A stretch of 64,000 bases of DNA, taken from NCBI GenBank assembly GCA_002170535.1, contig NHDW01000004.1:250190-314189 (forward strand), given 5' to 3'. Source of the stretch: Methylococcaceae bacterium TMED69 (GTDB taxonomy: Bacteria > Pseudomonadota > Gammaproteobacteria > Ga0077536). This document shows, piece by piece, positions 50,245 to 61,352 of this stretch. The position numbers and the translations under genes are program-made. A model generated the notes under the pieces. It had not been told where the DNA came from. It worked only from the letters and a program-made list of their open reading frames with translations, and made no database searches. The first letter of the stretch is position 1. Each line of letters opens with the position of its first letter.

Positions 50245-51138
50245 ATGAAATTGAACTCAGTAACAGGTACGTTTCTTAAGAATGAGTCAATGGCTAACCA
50301 TACCTCTTGGCGTTGCGGAGGTCGTGCAGCATTTTTTTTCGAGCCTAGGAGTTTAAAGGATTTGGGAATTTTCTTAGCCTCTTTCAAAGAGAAAAAAGAA
50401 ATTTTTTTAGTGGGTTTGGGCAGCAACTTGTTAGTAAGAGATAAAGGTTTTGATGGTGTTATTATATCAACAGCAAAATTTTTAAATAAAATACAATGGA
50501 AAGGAGAATTTTCAGAATTAAATGTAGAGTGCGGTGTTTCTTGCGCAAAAATTGCTCGTGAATCGGTAAAAAAAAACATGAAGGGCCTGGAATTCTTTGT
50601 TGGTATTCCAGGTACTGTAGGGGGTGCACTTAAAATGAATGCCGGAGCAAATGGTAAAGATACCTGGCAGAATATTAAATCGGTCGACGTAATTTCAAGA
50701 GAAGGGTATATAGAAACACTTGACAGAAATTCTTTTAATCCTGGTTATCGTACGATTGATGGCAAAAATAAATGGTTTGTAAAAGCGTGTTTTCATTTGG
50801 AGAAAAATTTAAATAAGGATGGTTCCGCTAAAATTAAAGAGATTCTCTCCCAAAGAAAGGTGACACAACCAACGGGCTCTTTTAGCTGTGGTTCGGTTTT
50901 TATAAACCCAGAAAATTATTTTGCGGGAAAATTGATTGAGGAATGTGGTTTGAAAGGAGTCAGAGTTGGTGGTGCTATAGTGTCCGAAAAACACGCAAAT
51001 TTTATACTTAATGATAGAGGGGCGTCTGCATCAGATATTGAGAAATTGATAGAGCTTGTAAGAAATCAAGTCCGAAAAAAAACCGGAATCAAATTAGAGT
51101 GTGAAGTGAAAATTATCGGAAAAAAGACAAATGAATAG
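50245..51138 (+). CDS. murB: UDP-N-acetylenolpyruvoylglucosamine reductase
   Basis: FAD-binding PCMH domain (NHTSWRCGGRAAFF, GLGSNLLV) and the C-terminal MurB domain (SCGSVFINP). Confidence 0.9.
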   Translation: MKLNSVTGTFLKNESMANHTSWRCGGRAAFFFEPRSLKDLGIFLASFKEKKEIFLVGLGSNLLVRDKGFDGVIISTAKFLNKIQWKGEFSELNVECGVSCAKIARESVKKNMKGLEFFVGIPGTVGGALKMNAGANGKDTWQNIKSVDVISREGYIETLDRNSFNPGYRTIDGKNKWFVKACFHLEKNLNKDGSAKIKEILSQRKVTQPTGSFSCGSVFINPENYFAGKLIEECGLKGVRVGGAIVSEKHANFILNDRGASASDIEKLIELVRNQVRKKTGIKLECEVKIIGKKTNE

Positions 51139-52087
51139 TGCATCAAAACTTTTGAAGAGTATTGAGAATTCCGTTGGTAAAATATTAGTAGTGATGGGAG
51201 GTTCATCTGCAGAAAGAGAGATTTCGATACAGAGTGGTGAAGCAGTTCATAGTTCACTATGTAATTCACAATTAGAATCTTGTCTGTATGACTGGTCAGG
51301 CAAGGAGTTAGATTTTATACAAACCGTGGAATTTGATATTTGTTTTATTGCAGTGCACGGACGAGGAGGCGAAGATGGGAAGCTTCAGGCTGCCTTAGAG
51401 ATACATGGTAAGCCGTTTACAGGTTCTGGCTTTATGGCTTCAGCTATTGCGATGCATAAATATAGGACTAAACAAATCTGGTCATTTAATGGGTTAACTA
51501 CACCTAGAAGTTTACTGTGGCAAAATAACATTAGTCAGCAATTTATCTTGGATGAATTAGGCCTTCCACTGATGATCAAACCAGCCCATGAAGGCTCGAG
51601 TGTAGGCGTTTCTCTCGTTTTAAAGGAAGATGATATTTCACCTGCACTCCAAAAGGCACAGAAATTTGACAATGAAATATTGATTGAGCAGTTTATTCAG
51701 GGGGACGAATATACAGTTTCAATATTAGGCGATCATCCTCTACCATCAATAAAACTGGAGACCCCAAGGCAATTTTATGATTATCATGCCAAGTATTCGT
51801 CTGAAGACACCAGATATATTTGCCCAAGCGGATTGAGTAACATTGATGAACTAACAATTTCAGATATTGCTATCAAAGCTTTCAAAGCGCTTGGTTGTGA
51901 CGGCTGGGGCCGTGTAGATTTTATTCGAAATAGCTCAGGAGAATTTTTTCTAATCGAGGTGAATACAGTACCTGGAATGACAAATCACTCATTAGTGCCA
52001 ATGGCTGCTTTGGAAGTGGGAATTTCATTTGATGAACTTGTATTAAGAATATTGAGCTCATCTTTAGAAGGTTTAGAGCATGAATAG
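51131..52087 (+). CDS. ddl: D-alanine--D-alanine ligase
   Basis: ATP-grasp fold. Motifs VHGRGGEDGKLQAALEIHGKPFTGSG, KPAHEGSSVGVS and a C-terminal EVNTVPGMT. Confidence 0.95.
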   Translation: MNSASKLLKSIENSVGKILVVMGGSSAEREISIQSGEAVHSSLCNSQLESCLYDWSGKELDFIQTVEFDICFIAVHGRGGEDGKLQAALEIHGKPFTGSGFMASAIAMHKYRTKQIWSFNGLTTPRSLLWQNNISQQFILDELGLPLMIKPAHEGSSVGVSLVLKEDDISPALQKAQKFDNEILIEQFIQGDEYTVSILGDHPLPSIKLETPRQFYDYHAKYSSEDTRYICPSGLSNIDELTISDIAIKAFKALGCDGWGRVDFIRNSSGEFFLIEVNTVPGMTNHSLVPMAALEVGISFDELVLRILSSSLEGLEHE

Positions 52088-52814
52088 GAGATTTGATTTT
52101 AACGATTTTGAATTAAATGGAAAAAATTCTATTTTTAAGAGTTTATCAGTTTTTATTTTTATAATGATTCCGATATTGGCCTATTATTTAATCCTGAGCG
52201 AGAGCTCTAACCTGTTTCCAATTAAAGAAGTTTATATAGATGGAGATTTAAAGTATCTGGATCAAGAACAGTTGAAACAAGATATCGCTAATTATACAAA
52301 GAAAGGCTTTTTTCAAATTGATTTAAAAAAAATATCTCAGTTGCTACAAGATGATCGTTGGGTTTCCGAGGTGTCAGTACGTAGGATTTGGCCATCATCC
52401 GTACTTGTAAAGATTAAGGAAAGAACTCCAAAAGCAAAACTAAATAAAAACAGTTTTTTTGATGAAAAGGGGAATATATTCAAGCCTTTATATATACCAC
52501 ATATTAATATTTTACAGATTGAGGATTTATCTGGTGATCCAGAGAAGCTTTTTTTTATTGCAAATCAGATAAATAAAAAATTTATAGAAAACGGATTATT
52601 TCTTAAGAGCCTGAAAAAAACAAAATTAGGAATTATTAAACTTGAATTAAGCGACTTCAAAGAGGTAGTACTGGGGGATGAACTTAATTTTGAGGATAAT
52701 TTAGTGAGATTTTTAAATGGTTATCAATTAGTCCTTAAGTCGTTATGGTTTAAAGTAGCTAAAGTTGATCTTCGGTATATTGATGGATTTGCCGTGAGAT
52801 TCGAAAAGAATTAG
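52080..52814 (+). CDS. ftsQ: Cell division protein FtsQ
   Basis: Bitopic protein with an N-terminal TM helix and a POTRA domain. Conserved position between ddl and ftsA. Confidence 0.85.
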   Translation: MNRRFDFNDFELNGKNSIFKSLSVFIFIMIPILAYYLILSESSNLFPIKEVYIDGDLKYLDQEQLKQDIANYTKKGFFQIDLKKISQLLQDDRWVSEVSVRRIWPSSVLVKIKERTPKAKLNKNSFFDEKGNIFKPLYIPHINILQIEDLSGDPEKLFFIANQINKKFIENGLFLKSLKKTKLGIIKLELSDFKEVVLGDELNFEDNLVRFLNGYQLVLKSLWFKVAKVDLRYIDGFAVRFEKN

Positions 52815-52829
52815 GTAAGGACCAATAAA

Positions 52830-54062
52830 ATGAGAAAAAAAGATGAAAAGAAATTAGTGGTAAGTCTAGATATTGGAACTTCGAAAGTCGTGGCAATAAT
52901 TGCGTCAATTTCGATGCAGCACGAAATAGAGATTATTGGGGTAGGTTGGGAGCCCTCAAAAGGGCTTAAAAAAGGTGTTGTAGTAGATATAGAATCCACT
53001 ATAGCCTCTATTCAAAAAGCAGTTGAAAAAGCTGAAAAAATGGCTGGTTGCCAAGCTTTCGGAGTATATGCAGGTATTGCTGGTGCTCATATTAGAAGTT
53101 TGAATTCCAATGGAATCGTTGCAATAAAAGATAATGAAGTATCCGAAGAAGATATTGATCGAGTTATTGACGCTGCGCAAGCGGTTGCGATTCCAACCGA
53201 TCAAAAGTTGTTACACATTTTGCCACAAGAATATATTATAGATGGCCAAGGGGGTATTCGAGATCCCATAGGGATGTCGGGAGTTAGACTAGAGGCCAAA
53301 GTCCATATGGTGACCTGTGCAGCCTCTGCTGTTCAGAATATTGAAAAGTGTATACGGCGTTGTGGCTTGGAAGTTGACGATATTATTCTCCAACAACTTG
53401 CATCTTCATCTGCTGTTCTTACTGAGGACGAACAGGATTTAGGTGTTTGTTTATGCGATATTGGAGGAGGCACTACTGACATCGCTGTTTATATTGACGG
53501 TACTGTTCATCATTCTGCAGCAATATCAATCGCTGGAGATCAGGTAACTAATGACATTGCTATTGCTCTTACAACACCAACAAAAGATGCCGAAGACTTG
53601 AAGATAAGATTTGCTTGTGCGTTAACACAGCTTGCGGATGCAAATGAGCAGATTGAGGTCCCAAGTGTGGGCGATAAACCACCGAGAACTCTTACTAGAC
53701 AGACTCTTGCTGAAGTAGTAGAGCCCAGGTACGAAGAGCTGTTCACCTTAATCTACGATGAGCTAGAAAGAGCTGGCATGCTATCAAAGATTGGTGCAGG
53801 AATCGTGTTAACGGGCGGTGGCTCTAAATTATCTGGTGCACTCGAATTGGCTGAAGAAATTTTTAATATGCCAGTGAGGCTTGCAATTCCTCACAAGATC
53901 AGCGGTCTAAAAGACGTTGTTAGAAATCCTATTTATTCAACCGGAATAGGTTTGATACTTTTTGGAAATGACCCAAAAAATAATTCTAAATGGATATCTG
54001 AGTCAAATCATAGAGGCTCTCTTTTTTACAATTTTAAAAACTGGTTTCATAAAAACTTTTGA
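52830..54062 (+). CDS. ftsA: Cell division protein FtsA
   Basis: Actin-like ATPase. Motifs LDIGTSKVVAII and DIGGGTTDIAVY, plus a C-terminal amphipathic tail. Confidence 0.95.
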   Translation: MRKKDEKKLVVSLDIGTSKVVAIIASISMQHEIEIIGVGWEPSKGLKKGVVVDIESTIASIQKAVEKAEKMAGCQAFGVYAGIAGAHIRSLNSNGIVAIKDNEVSEEDIDRVIDAAQAVAIPTDQKLLHILPQEYIIDGQGGIRDPIGMSGVRLEAKVHMVTCAASAVQNIEKCIRRCGLEVDDIILQQLASSSAVLTEDEQDLGVCLCDIGGGTTDIAVYIDGTVHHSAAISIAGDQVTNDIAIALTTPTKDAEDLKIRFACALTQLADANEQIEVPSVGDKPPRTLTRQTLAEVVEPRYEELFTLIYDELERAGMLSKIGAGIVLTGGGSKLSGALELAEEIFNMPVRLAIPHKISGLKDVVRNPIYSTGIGLILFGNDPKNNSKWISESNHRGSLFYNFKNWFHKNF

Positions 54063-54096
54063 TAAAAATCATTAATGACTAAATGGAGTATTAATT

Positions 54097-55212
54097 ATGT
54101 CTCAATTCGAAATACTAGAATCAACTAGTCGTGCGGTAATTAAAGTGATAGGTGTCGGTGGTGGGGGAAACAACGCAGTGGAACATATGTTGAAATCCAA
54201 CCTAGACGGGGTTAATTTTGTTTGTGCTAATACAGATGCTCAAGTACTAGCCGATTCTAAAGTGCAGACAACATTACAATTTGGGGACGGTATAACAAAT
54301 GGTTTAGGTGCTGGGGCGGACCCTAACGTTGGGAGACAAGCGGCAGTAGAGGACCGAGAAAGAATACGTGCTGTAGTTAAAGGATCAGATATGATCTTTG
54401 TAACTGCCGGTATGGGAGGGGGTACTGGTACTGGTGCCACTCCCGTTATTGCAGAGATAGCTAAGGAGGAAGGAATCTTAGTAGTAGCTGTTGTAACGAA
54501 ACCATTTAAATTTGAGGGCCCAACAAGAGTGAAGTTGGCTGAGGCTGGCATTCAAGATTTAGCGCAACATGTTGATTCTTTGATTACCATACCAAATGAT
54601 AAGCTTATAAGTGTATTGGGTGAAGATACCAGCTTTCTAAATGCGTTTAGCGCGGCTAATGACGTGCTGTTGAATGCGGTAAAAGGTATTTCCGAAATAA
54701 TAAATTGCAGAGGATTAATGAATGTAGATTTTGCAGATGTTAGGACCGTTATGTCTGAGATGGGGATGGCAATGATGGGTTCAGGTCTTGCCAGAGGCGA
54801 GGCTAGAGCTGAAGAGGCAGCCGAAGCCGCTATTTCAAGTCCATTGATGGAGGATATCAATATACAAGGAGCTAAAGGAGTTTTAGTAAATGTAACTGCT
54901 GGAGAAAATCTCTCGCTTATAGAATTTCATAAGGTTGGAAATACTATCCAAAAATTTGCTTCAGAAAATGCAACAATAGTGATTGGAACGGTTATAGATA
55001 ATGAGCTTGACGAGGAAATAAGGGTTACAGTAGTTGCTACTGGGTTAGAGGCCGAAAGAGTAAACGTAGAGGCTTCATCGCAATTAAATCCCATTAGAAC
55101 CGACAGAAGAACTAGAAGTCAAAATATAGAGCAGACAACTAATGATCAACCCACTGAACCAGAACAAGGGGTCTTGGATATACCGGCTTTTCTGAGGAGG
55201 CAAGCAGATTAG
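54097..55212 (+). CDS. ftsZ: Cell division GTPase FtsZ
   Basis: Tubulin signature GGGTGTG, the N-terminal [12 protein letters not shown], and a conserved C-terminal peptide DIPAFLRRQ. Confidence 0.98.
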   Translation: MSQFEILESTSRAVIKVIGVGGGGNNAVEHMLKSNLDGVNFVCANTDAQVLADSKVQTTLQFGDGITNGLGAGADPNVGRQAAVEDRERIRAVVKGSDMIFVTAGMGGGTGTGATPVIAEIAKEEGILVVAVVTKPFKFEGPTRVKLAEAGIQDLAQHVDSLITIPNDKLISVLGEDTSFLNAFSAANDVLLNAVKGISEIINCRGLMNVDFADVRTVMSEMGMAMMGSGLARGEARAEEAAEAAISSPLMEDINIQGAKGVLVNVTAGENLSLIEFHKVGNTIQKFASENATIVIGTVIDNELDEEIRVTVVATGLEAERVNVEASSQLNPIRTDRRTRSQNIEQTTNDQPTEPEQGVLDIPAFLRRQAD

Positions 55213-55282
55213 ACATATCGGAACAAGGCTATTATTATTTAGAACAAACCAATACAATCATTAGTTAAATTTGGACTGAATT

Positions 55283-56191
55283 TTGATAAACCAGAGAACC
55301 TTAAAAAACTCGATCAAAGCTAGGGGGGTAGGCCTACATACAGGCAAACAAGCGTTTCTTACGCTTCATCCGGCCCCCGTAAATACAGGGATTGTCTTTA
55401 GGAGAATTGATTTGGGTGAAGATCATGAAATTCAGGCGAGAATCGAAAATGTTGGTGAGACAAGTCTTTCTACTAGCTTGGAGAAAAATGGGGTATTGAT
55501 TTCGACCATAGAGCATTTGCTCTCAGCATTTGCTGGGTTGGGTATTGATAATGCATACATAGACCTTGATGCTGCCGAAGTCCCAATAATGGATGGTAGT
55601 GCAAGTCCTTTTGTGTTTCTTCTTCAATGTGCCGGTGTCAAAGACCAGCCGGAGCCAAAGAAATTTATAAAAATTAAAAAAAATGTCTCAGTTTCAGACG
55701 GCGATAAAGAAGCTTACTTCTCGCCTTTCCAGGGATTTAAAGTATCCTTTTGTATTGAATTTGACCATCCTTTTTTTGTGAAAAGAACGAGTAAAGCGGA
55801 AATCGATTTTTCAACCACTTCTTTTGTAAAAGAAATAAGTCGGGCACGAACTTTTGGTTTTATGAGAGATGTGGAGATGTTGAGAAAAAGGCGATTAATT
55901 TTAGGCGGCAGCATGGAGAACGCGGTAGTTGTAGGAGAGGATAGCATCTTAAATGAAGATGGTTTACGGTACGAGGATGAATTTGTTAAGCATAAAATTT
56001 TAGATGCAATTGGTGATCTTTACCTACTTGGCTATAGTCTCATTGGCGCCTTTCATGGACATAAATCAGGGCACGAGCTCAATAACAAATTATTAAAAAA
56101 GGTGCTTAGCGACACCACCGCTTGGGAGCTGGTTTCTTTTGATGATGTAAGTAACGCGCCTATCATTTTTGGTGAAGTGATAAATCAGTAA
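55283..56191 (+). CDS. lpxC: UDP-3-O-acyl-N-acetylglucosamine deacetylase (TTG start)
   Basis: (L)[43 protein letters not shown] aligns with E. coli Lpx[45 protein letters not shown]. Confidence 0.95.
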   Translation: MINQRTLKNSIKARGVGLHTGKQAFLTLHPAPVNTGIVFRRIDLGEDHEIQARIENVGETSLSTSLEKNGVLISTIEHLLSAFAGLGIDNAYIDLDAAEVPIMDGSASPFVFLLQCAGVKDQPEPKKFIKIKKNVSVSDGDKEAYFSPFQGFKVSFCIEFDHPFFVKRTSKAEIDFSTTSFVKEISRARTFGFMRDVEMLRKRRLILGGSMENAVVVGEDSILNEDGLRYEDEFVKHKILDAIGDLYLLGYSLIGAFHGHKSGHELNNKLLKKVLSDTTAWELVSFDDVSNAPIIFGEVINQ

Positions 56192-56193
56192 AT

Positions 56194-56508
56194 TTATCTT
56201 ACGTGATATTTCATACGATTTATTTTGGTTTTGATTGCCGAGATTTGAAGTTTAGGTGAAGAGGTATTAAGGTAAGTAAGCACTTCTTCTTCAATAAAAA
56301 TAAAATTTGCTTTCGATGCGCTGCTATTTAAGATAAGGGTTAATGTGCCACCTTCTAGGGAAAAAGCTTTGACATCTTGTTTAAGATTTTCTGGTAAAAA
56401 TTTTGATAATAATGAGTCTATAGTCAAATTTAATTCAGATCTTTTCTGGTAATTTCTGACCTGCTTGATTGAGTTAAGAATATCATTTATTTTGGTTATA
56501 TCTTTCAT
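56194..56508 (-). CDS. DUF721-family protein (DciA-like putative replicative-helicase operator)
   Basis: 104 aa. The core LEGGTLTLILNSSASKANFIFIEEEVLTYLN fits the DUF721 consensus (..G.L.l.vdSsaWaqeL..l...ll..l). The conserved lpxC/secA neighbourhood holds this family in many non-enteric proteobacteria. Confidence 0.55.
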   Translation of the reverse strand: MKDITKINDILNSIKQVRNYQKRSELNLTIDSLLSKFLPENLKQDVKAFSLEGGTLTLILNSSASKANFIFIEEEVLTYLNTSSPKLQISAIKTKINRMKYHVR

Positions 56509-56573
56509 ATTTAGTTAACTTGAAAGAGGAAACAGGTTAAACTTAAGTCAAATAATAACATTTTATAAAATTC

Positions 56574-57488
56574 ATGGATATATTGTTAATTTCAAAACGG
56601 TCGGGACTATTGAAGCAGTTTAAAATTGGAAATATTAAGTTTATTTCAATTTTCGTGGCTTTGGTGCTGTTTTTAAGTTTATTTTTGTCGGGAGGATATT
56701 ATTTAGGCATAAAAGAAGGACAAAGAAAGAAACCTGATGTTATTTTCGCTGAAATACAGGCGCAAAAACTTTTTCTTGAAAATCTAAAAAAAGATATGGA
56801 AGAAGAGCTTGCTGCATTTTCATCGTCAACAGCCGCATTGCACGGGTATTTGAGTCGTTTAGATGCTGTTGCCGATAGGATATTGCAATCAAATAATATG
56901 GATAGTTCGGAATTCAATTTTGGAGATGCGAGCCCGATAGGCGGCCCTCAAGGGGAGGCTGCTACGCTTGAATGGTCAGAGCTAGTCAAGAACATTTCTG
57001 TCCTAGATAAAGAGATTGAGTTCAGAGAAGGTAAACTAGCACTACTTGAATCATTCTTATTAGAGAAGCAACTTCATGACCAAATTAATCCGGGTGGTAA
57101 ACCAATTAGTAAAGGTTGGATTTCTTCAGTTTATGGTTATCGACTGCATCCCATAAGCGGTAAACGTGAATTCCATAGCGGTATAGATTTCGCAGGAAAG
57201 CAAGGTTCTTTTGTTCGGAGTGTAGCTTCTGGCGTTGTTACATGGTCTGGAACACGTTGGGGCTATGGTAATATGGTTGAGATTAATCATGGAAACGGAT
57301 ATGTAACTCGTTATGCTCATAATAAAGAGAATCTTGCCGAATTAGGGCAAAAAGTTAATAAAGGAGAATCCATTGCACTGCTGGGTTCGTCTGGCATGTC
57401 CACAGGCCCCCACGTTCATTTTGAAGTTTTGTATAAAGACAAAGCTATTAACCCAAAAAAATTCATTGATGAGTATATAGAAAATTAA
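56574..57488 (+). CDS. M23 family metallopeptidase (murein DD-endopeptidase / EnvC-NlpD-like) with N-terminal TM helix and coiled coil
   Basis: LytM motifs HSGIDFAGKQGSFVRSVASGVV and GNMVEINHGNGYVTRYAHN, plus GPHVHFEV. Confidence 0.85.
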   Translation: MDILLISKRSGLLKQFKIGNIKFISIFVALVLFLSLFLSGGYYLGIKEGQRKKPDVIFAEIQAQKLFLENLKKDMEEELAAFSSSTAALHGYLSRLDAVADRILQSNNMDSSEFNFGDASPIGGPQGEAATLEWSELVKNISVLDKEIEFREGKLALLESFLLEKQLHDQINPGGKPISKGWISSVYGYRLHPISGKREFHSGIDFAGKQGSFVRSVASGVVTWSGTRWGYGNMVEINHGNGYVTRYAHNKENLAELGQKVNKGESIALLGSSGMSTGPHVHFEVLYKDKAINPKKFIDEYIEN

Positions 57489-57534
57489 GAATCTTTATTA
57501 TCTATAGAATTTGAATTGCTGCGATAACTTTAGT

Positions 57535-60114
57535 ATGTCAAATATCTACACATCAGGCTTAAAAAAAATATTCAATTCATTCTTGGGAAGCAGAAATGAA
57601 AGAATATTGAAAAACTATATAAAAATTTGTGAAAAAATTAATTCGCTTGAACAGTCCATTAGTTCGTTAAGTGATAGCGAGTTATATTCGAAAACGGCAC
57701 AGTTGAGAGCTAAATATGTAGACGGTACGGTATTGGAGGAGTTACTGCCTGAGGCATTTGCAGTAGTACGTGAGACGAGTAAACGAGTATTAGGAATGAG
57801 GCATTTTGATGCTCAAATAATTGGTGGAATAGCCCTTCATTATGGAAAAATAGCAGAAATGAAAACAGGGGAAGGAAAAACCCTCGTTGCCACACTTCCC
57901 TCATATCTTAATGCCATTGCAGAAAAAAAAGTACACGTTATAACGGTAAACGACTATTTAGCAAATAGAGATGCTAATTGGATGTCCAAGATTTATGATG
58001 CTTTAGGGGTATCGGTTGGAATTGTTACGAATGATCTAGAGCCTGCAGGTAGAAAAGAGGCCTATGATAAAAACATAGTTTATGGCACTAATAATGAATT
58101 TGGCTTCGATTATCTAAGAGATAATATGGCTTTTACTGACGAGCAAAAAGTACAAAAAAGCCTAGATTTCGCAATAATTGACGAGGTTGATTCGATCCTG
58201 ATTGATGAGGCCAGAACTCCATTAATCATTTCTGGTCCGGCAGAGGATAAAAGTGAGTTGTATTTACTTATTAATTCTTTGATGTCTAAACTCAAAACAG
58301 GTGAAGAAGAAGACTCAGTCGATTTTACTATTGATGAAAAATCTAAGCAGATATATTTGACTGAAAGGGGACACGAAACGCTAGAATATCTGTTGACAAA
58401 TAAAGGTTTGCTCGACTCATCCGATAGTCTTTATAGCCCTTCTAATGTTTCTTTGATGCAATATATTAATGCTTCGATAAGGGCTAACGCACTCTTCCAT
58501 AAAAATACTGATTATGTTGTGAAAAATGGCCAAGTAATCATCGTTGATGAATTTACTGGAAGAACTATGCCGGGTAGGAGATGGTCTGAGGGGTTACATC
58601 AAGCTATTGAAGCTAAGGAAAAAGTGAAAATACAACCTGAAAATCAAACCTTGGCTTCGATCACTTTTCAAAATTTCTTTCGCCAATATGGAAAATTATC
58701 TGGTATGACGGGTACGGCAGACACCGAGGCTTATGAATTTCAAGAAATATATTCCTTAGAGGTCGTCGTTATACCAACTAATAAAGATATGGTTCGCAAC
58801 GATTTTGGCGATGTAATTTTTTTGAGTGCTGAAGAAAAGTATGCAGCTATAATTAATGATATAAAAGATTGTCAGGCACGAGGCCAGCCTGTATTGGTAG
58901 GCACCACATCTATCGAAATATCTGAGTTGTTAAGCAATCGCTTAAAAAAAAGTAAAATTAAGCATAATGTGCTTAATGCTAAATTTCACGAAAAGGAAGC
59001 TGAAATTATAGCTAATGCTGGTCGACCAGGCGCAATTACTGTAGCGACAAATATGGCTGGACGAGGCACTGATATTGTTTTAGGAGGTAGCTTAGCCACA
59101 GAATATGATCTCAAAGGTTTAGAGAAATGGAAAACACTGAATGAATCCGTGAAAGACTCTGGAGGTCTTCATATCATAGGCACCGAACGACATGAGTCCA
59201 GAAGAATCGATAATCAATTAAGAGGGCGGGCCGGTAGACAGGGCGATCCAGGTTCAAGTCGGTTTTATCTATCTCTTGAGGATAGTTTAATTAGAATCTT
59301 TGCGTCAGATAAAGTAACGAAATGGATGCAAATGGCAGGAATGAAAAAAGGTGAATCGATTGAGCACCCATGGATTACTAAATCGATTGAGAATGCACAA
59401 AGAAAAGTTGAGGGAAGAAATTTTGATATCAGAAAACAATTACTAGAGTTTGATAATGTTGCGAATGATCAAAGAACTCATATTTATGATCAGAGGCGTG
59501 AACTAATGGAGGCACAAGATATTTCAGATAACTTGGTGGAGATTAGACATAACGTCGTAGAGGATCTAGTTTCTGAATATATCCCTCAAAATGAATTAAG
59601 AGAGCAATGGGATATTAAGGGTTTAGATAATTATATTGAGCAGAACTATGGCTTAAACTCCGAGCTAGAAAAATTTATACAAGAAAAAGATTTTGTAACC
59701 GAAGCAGAAATTAAAGAACAAATTATAGGCACTATTAATCAAGATCATATTGACAAGATTAATTTGGTTGGTGAAGAGGCAATACAAAACCTTGAAAAGA
59801 CATTGATGCTACGGATTCTGGATACTCATTGGAAGGAACATCTAGGGAATATGGATTATCTGCGGCAAGGTATACATCTAAGAGGTTACGCTCAAAAAAA
59901 TCCAACTCAAGAATATAAAAGGGAAGCTTTTATGCTGTTTGCTGAAATGTTGTCTTCTATTACTAAAGAAACCATTGAGGTGCTGTCGAAAATTAAAGTT
60001 GATCAGAATTTTGCTAACGAAGTGAATCATCTAGATAACATTGAAAAGCCAAAAACTTCTTCTAAAGCTCTATCAAAAAACAAAAGAAAAGAGCAGAGAA
60101 GAAGGCGACGGTAA
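57535..60114 (+). CDS. secA: Preprotein translocase ATPase SecA. The start is ATG 57535; the longer track ORF starts at TTG 57511.
   Basis: Colinear with E. coli SecA: [17 protein letters not shown] versus [35 protein letters not shown], and the [14 protein letters not shown] Walker A. Ends in a basic tail ([10 protein letters not shown]) with no C-terminal CxCxxxxxxxxCH zinc finger. Confidence 0.95.
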   Translation: MSNIYTSGLKKIFNSFLGSRNERILKNYIKICEKINSLEQSISSLSDSELYSKTAQLRAKYVDGTVLEELLPEAFAVVRETSKRVLGMRHFDAQIIGGIALHYGKIAEMKTGEGKTLVATLPSYLNAIAEKKVHVITVNDYLANRDANWMSKIYDALGVSVGIVTNDLEPAGRKEAYDKNIVYGTNNEFGFDYLRDNMAFTDEQKVQKSLDFAIIDEVDSILIDEARTPLIISGPAEDKSELYLLINSLMSKLKTGEEEDSVDFTIDEKSKQIYLTERGHETLEYLLTNKGLLDSSDSLYSPSNVSLMQYINASIRANALFHKNTDYVVKNGQVIIVDEFTGRTMPGRRWSEGLHQAIEAKEKVKIQPENQTLASITFQNFFRQYGKLSGMTGTADTEAYEFQEIYSLEVVVIPTNKDMVRNDFGDVIFLSAEEKYAAIINDIKDCQARGQPVLVGTTSIEISELLSNRLKKSKIKHNVLNAKFHEKEAEIIANAGRPGAITVATNMAGRGTDIVLGGSLATEYDLKGLEKWKTLNESVKDSGGLHIIGTERHESRRIDNQLRGRAGRQGDPGSSRFYLSLEDSLIRIFASDKVTKWMQMAGMKKGESIEHPWITKSIENAQRKVEGRNFDIRKQLLEFDNVANDQRTHIYDQRRELMEAQDISDNLVEIRHNVVEDLVSEYIPQNELREQWDIKGLDNYIEQNYGLNSELEKFIQEKDFVTEAEIKEQIIGTINQDHIDKINLVGEEAIQNLEKTLMLRILDTHWKEHLGNMDYLRQGIHLRGYAQKNPTQEYKREAFMLFAEMLSSITKETIEVLSKIKVDQNFANEVNHLDNIEKPKTSSKALSKNKRKEQRRRRR

Positions 60115-60129
60115 TAGAATTATTTAATT

Positions 60130-61350
60130 ATGCAATTTGTAAAAAATAAAATTCAAAACACTAAAGTCATTGTACGAGGAATTGAGCTATCTTCTTTGGC
60201 TGCAGGAATTCGTTATAAAGACAGACTTGATCTTTGTCTAATCAGTATAAAAACTCCATCAAATAGTGTAGTTCGATTTACTAGCAACCGGTTCCCTGCT
60301 GCACCAATCATTATTTCAAAACAACATCTTAATAAAAAAGAACCAAAATATTTGTTAATAAATGCTGGTAATGCTAATGCAGCAACTGGTGAAAAAGGCG
60401 AAAAGGATACGAGTGAGATATGTCGGGAAATATCGAAATTGACTGGATGTGAAAAAGAAGAAGTGCTTATGTTCTCTACTGGGGTGATAGGTGAGCTGTT
60501 GCCAGCTAATAAAATAATATCTTCTCTTCCGAAATTATTCAAAATAAATACGCAGTCAGGGTGGAAGGAAGCTGCTAAAGCTATAATGACTACAGACACT
60601 TTCCCCAAGATATGCGTCAGAGAATTTGAATTGGGTGGACAAAGGTACTCATTAGTCGGTATATGTAAGGGCAGTGGGATGATTCAACCTAAAATGGCGA
60701 CCATGCTAGCCTTTGTTGCCACCGATTTGCCCTTGAGTAGAAAAGCCCTTGAAGTGATCTCAGAAGCTGCTTTATCGGATAGCTTTAATAAGATAACTGT
60801 GGATGGTGAAACTTCAACTAATGATTCATTTGTTCTAATTTCCACAAACCCCGAAAACAACAATTTTTTGGATATCGATGACCCTGCTTTCAGATTAGTA
60901 AAAAGTTTAATTGCTGATTGTTGTCAAGAGTTGGCGATAAATATTGTCAAGGATGGTGAAGGTGCTACTAAATTAGTAAATATAAGAGTGAACGGAGCAG
61001 GTTCGGATAGAGAGGCTAAAATGATTGCGTCATCTATTGCTAACTCTTTGCTAGTGAAAACAGCCATTTTTGCTGAGGATCCAAACTGGGGTAGAATATT
61101 TTCAGCTGTTGGGGCTTCAGGTGCTGAGAATATTAAACAGAATATCATCGACATCTTTATTGGCGACATAAGGATATGCCACCATGGTAAGGCTGTTGAA
61201 AATTTGGATGAGTTAGAAGTTATAGCCGCCATGAGACCGCGCAATTTTGATATTCGCATTGAGCTAAATATAGGATCTTTCTCTACTGAAACTTGGACCT
61301 GCGACTTGAGTTATGATTATATAAAAATTAACGCAGAATATAGAAGTTAA
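60130..61350 (+). CDS. argJ: Bifunctional glutamate N-acetyltransferase / amino-acid N-acetyltransferase
   Basis: ArgJ fold with the autoproteolytic site ATMLAF (…KMATMLAFVATD). 406 aa. Confidence 0.9.
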   Translation: MQFVKNKIQNTKVIVRGIELSSLAAGIRYKDRLDLCLISIKTPSNSVVRFTSNRFPAAPIIISKQHLNKKEPKYLLINAGNANAATGEKGEKDTSEICREISKLTGCEKEEVLMFSTGVIGELLPANKIISSLPKLFKINTQSGWKEAAKAIMTTDTFPKICVREFELGGQRYSLVGICKGSGMIQPKMATMLAFVATDLPLSRKALEVISEAALSDSFNKITVDGETSTNDSFVLISTNPENNNFLDIDDPAFRLVKSLIADCCQELAINIVKDGEGATKLVNIRVNGAGSDREAKMIASSIANSLLVKTAIFAEDPNWGRIFSAVGASGAENIKQNIIDIFIGDIRICHHGKAVENLDELEVIAAMRPRNFDIRIELNIGSFSTETWTCDLSYDYIKINAEYRS

Positions 61351-61352
61351 CA

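Noticed and set aside
50088-50579. 163-aa antisense ORF spanning the murC/murB junction
   Set aside because: It overlaps two well-supported genes and the 8-bp spacer between them, with no independent evidence of coding.
54240-54860. Two antisense ORFs (103 and 102 aa) inside ftsZ
   Set aside because: They lie entirely within the strongly conserved ftsZ coding region on the opposite strand. Their products are low-complexity (Ala/Ser/Pro-rich), reflecting the reverse complement of Gly/Ala-rich FtsZ codons. No start context or homology.
60213-61259. Antisense ORFs (131 and 111 aa) inside argJ
   Set aside because: Embedded opposite-strand ORFs within a conserved gene, with no homology signal or start context.
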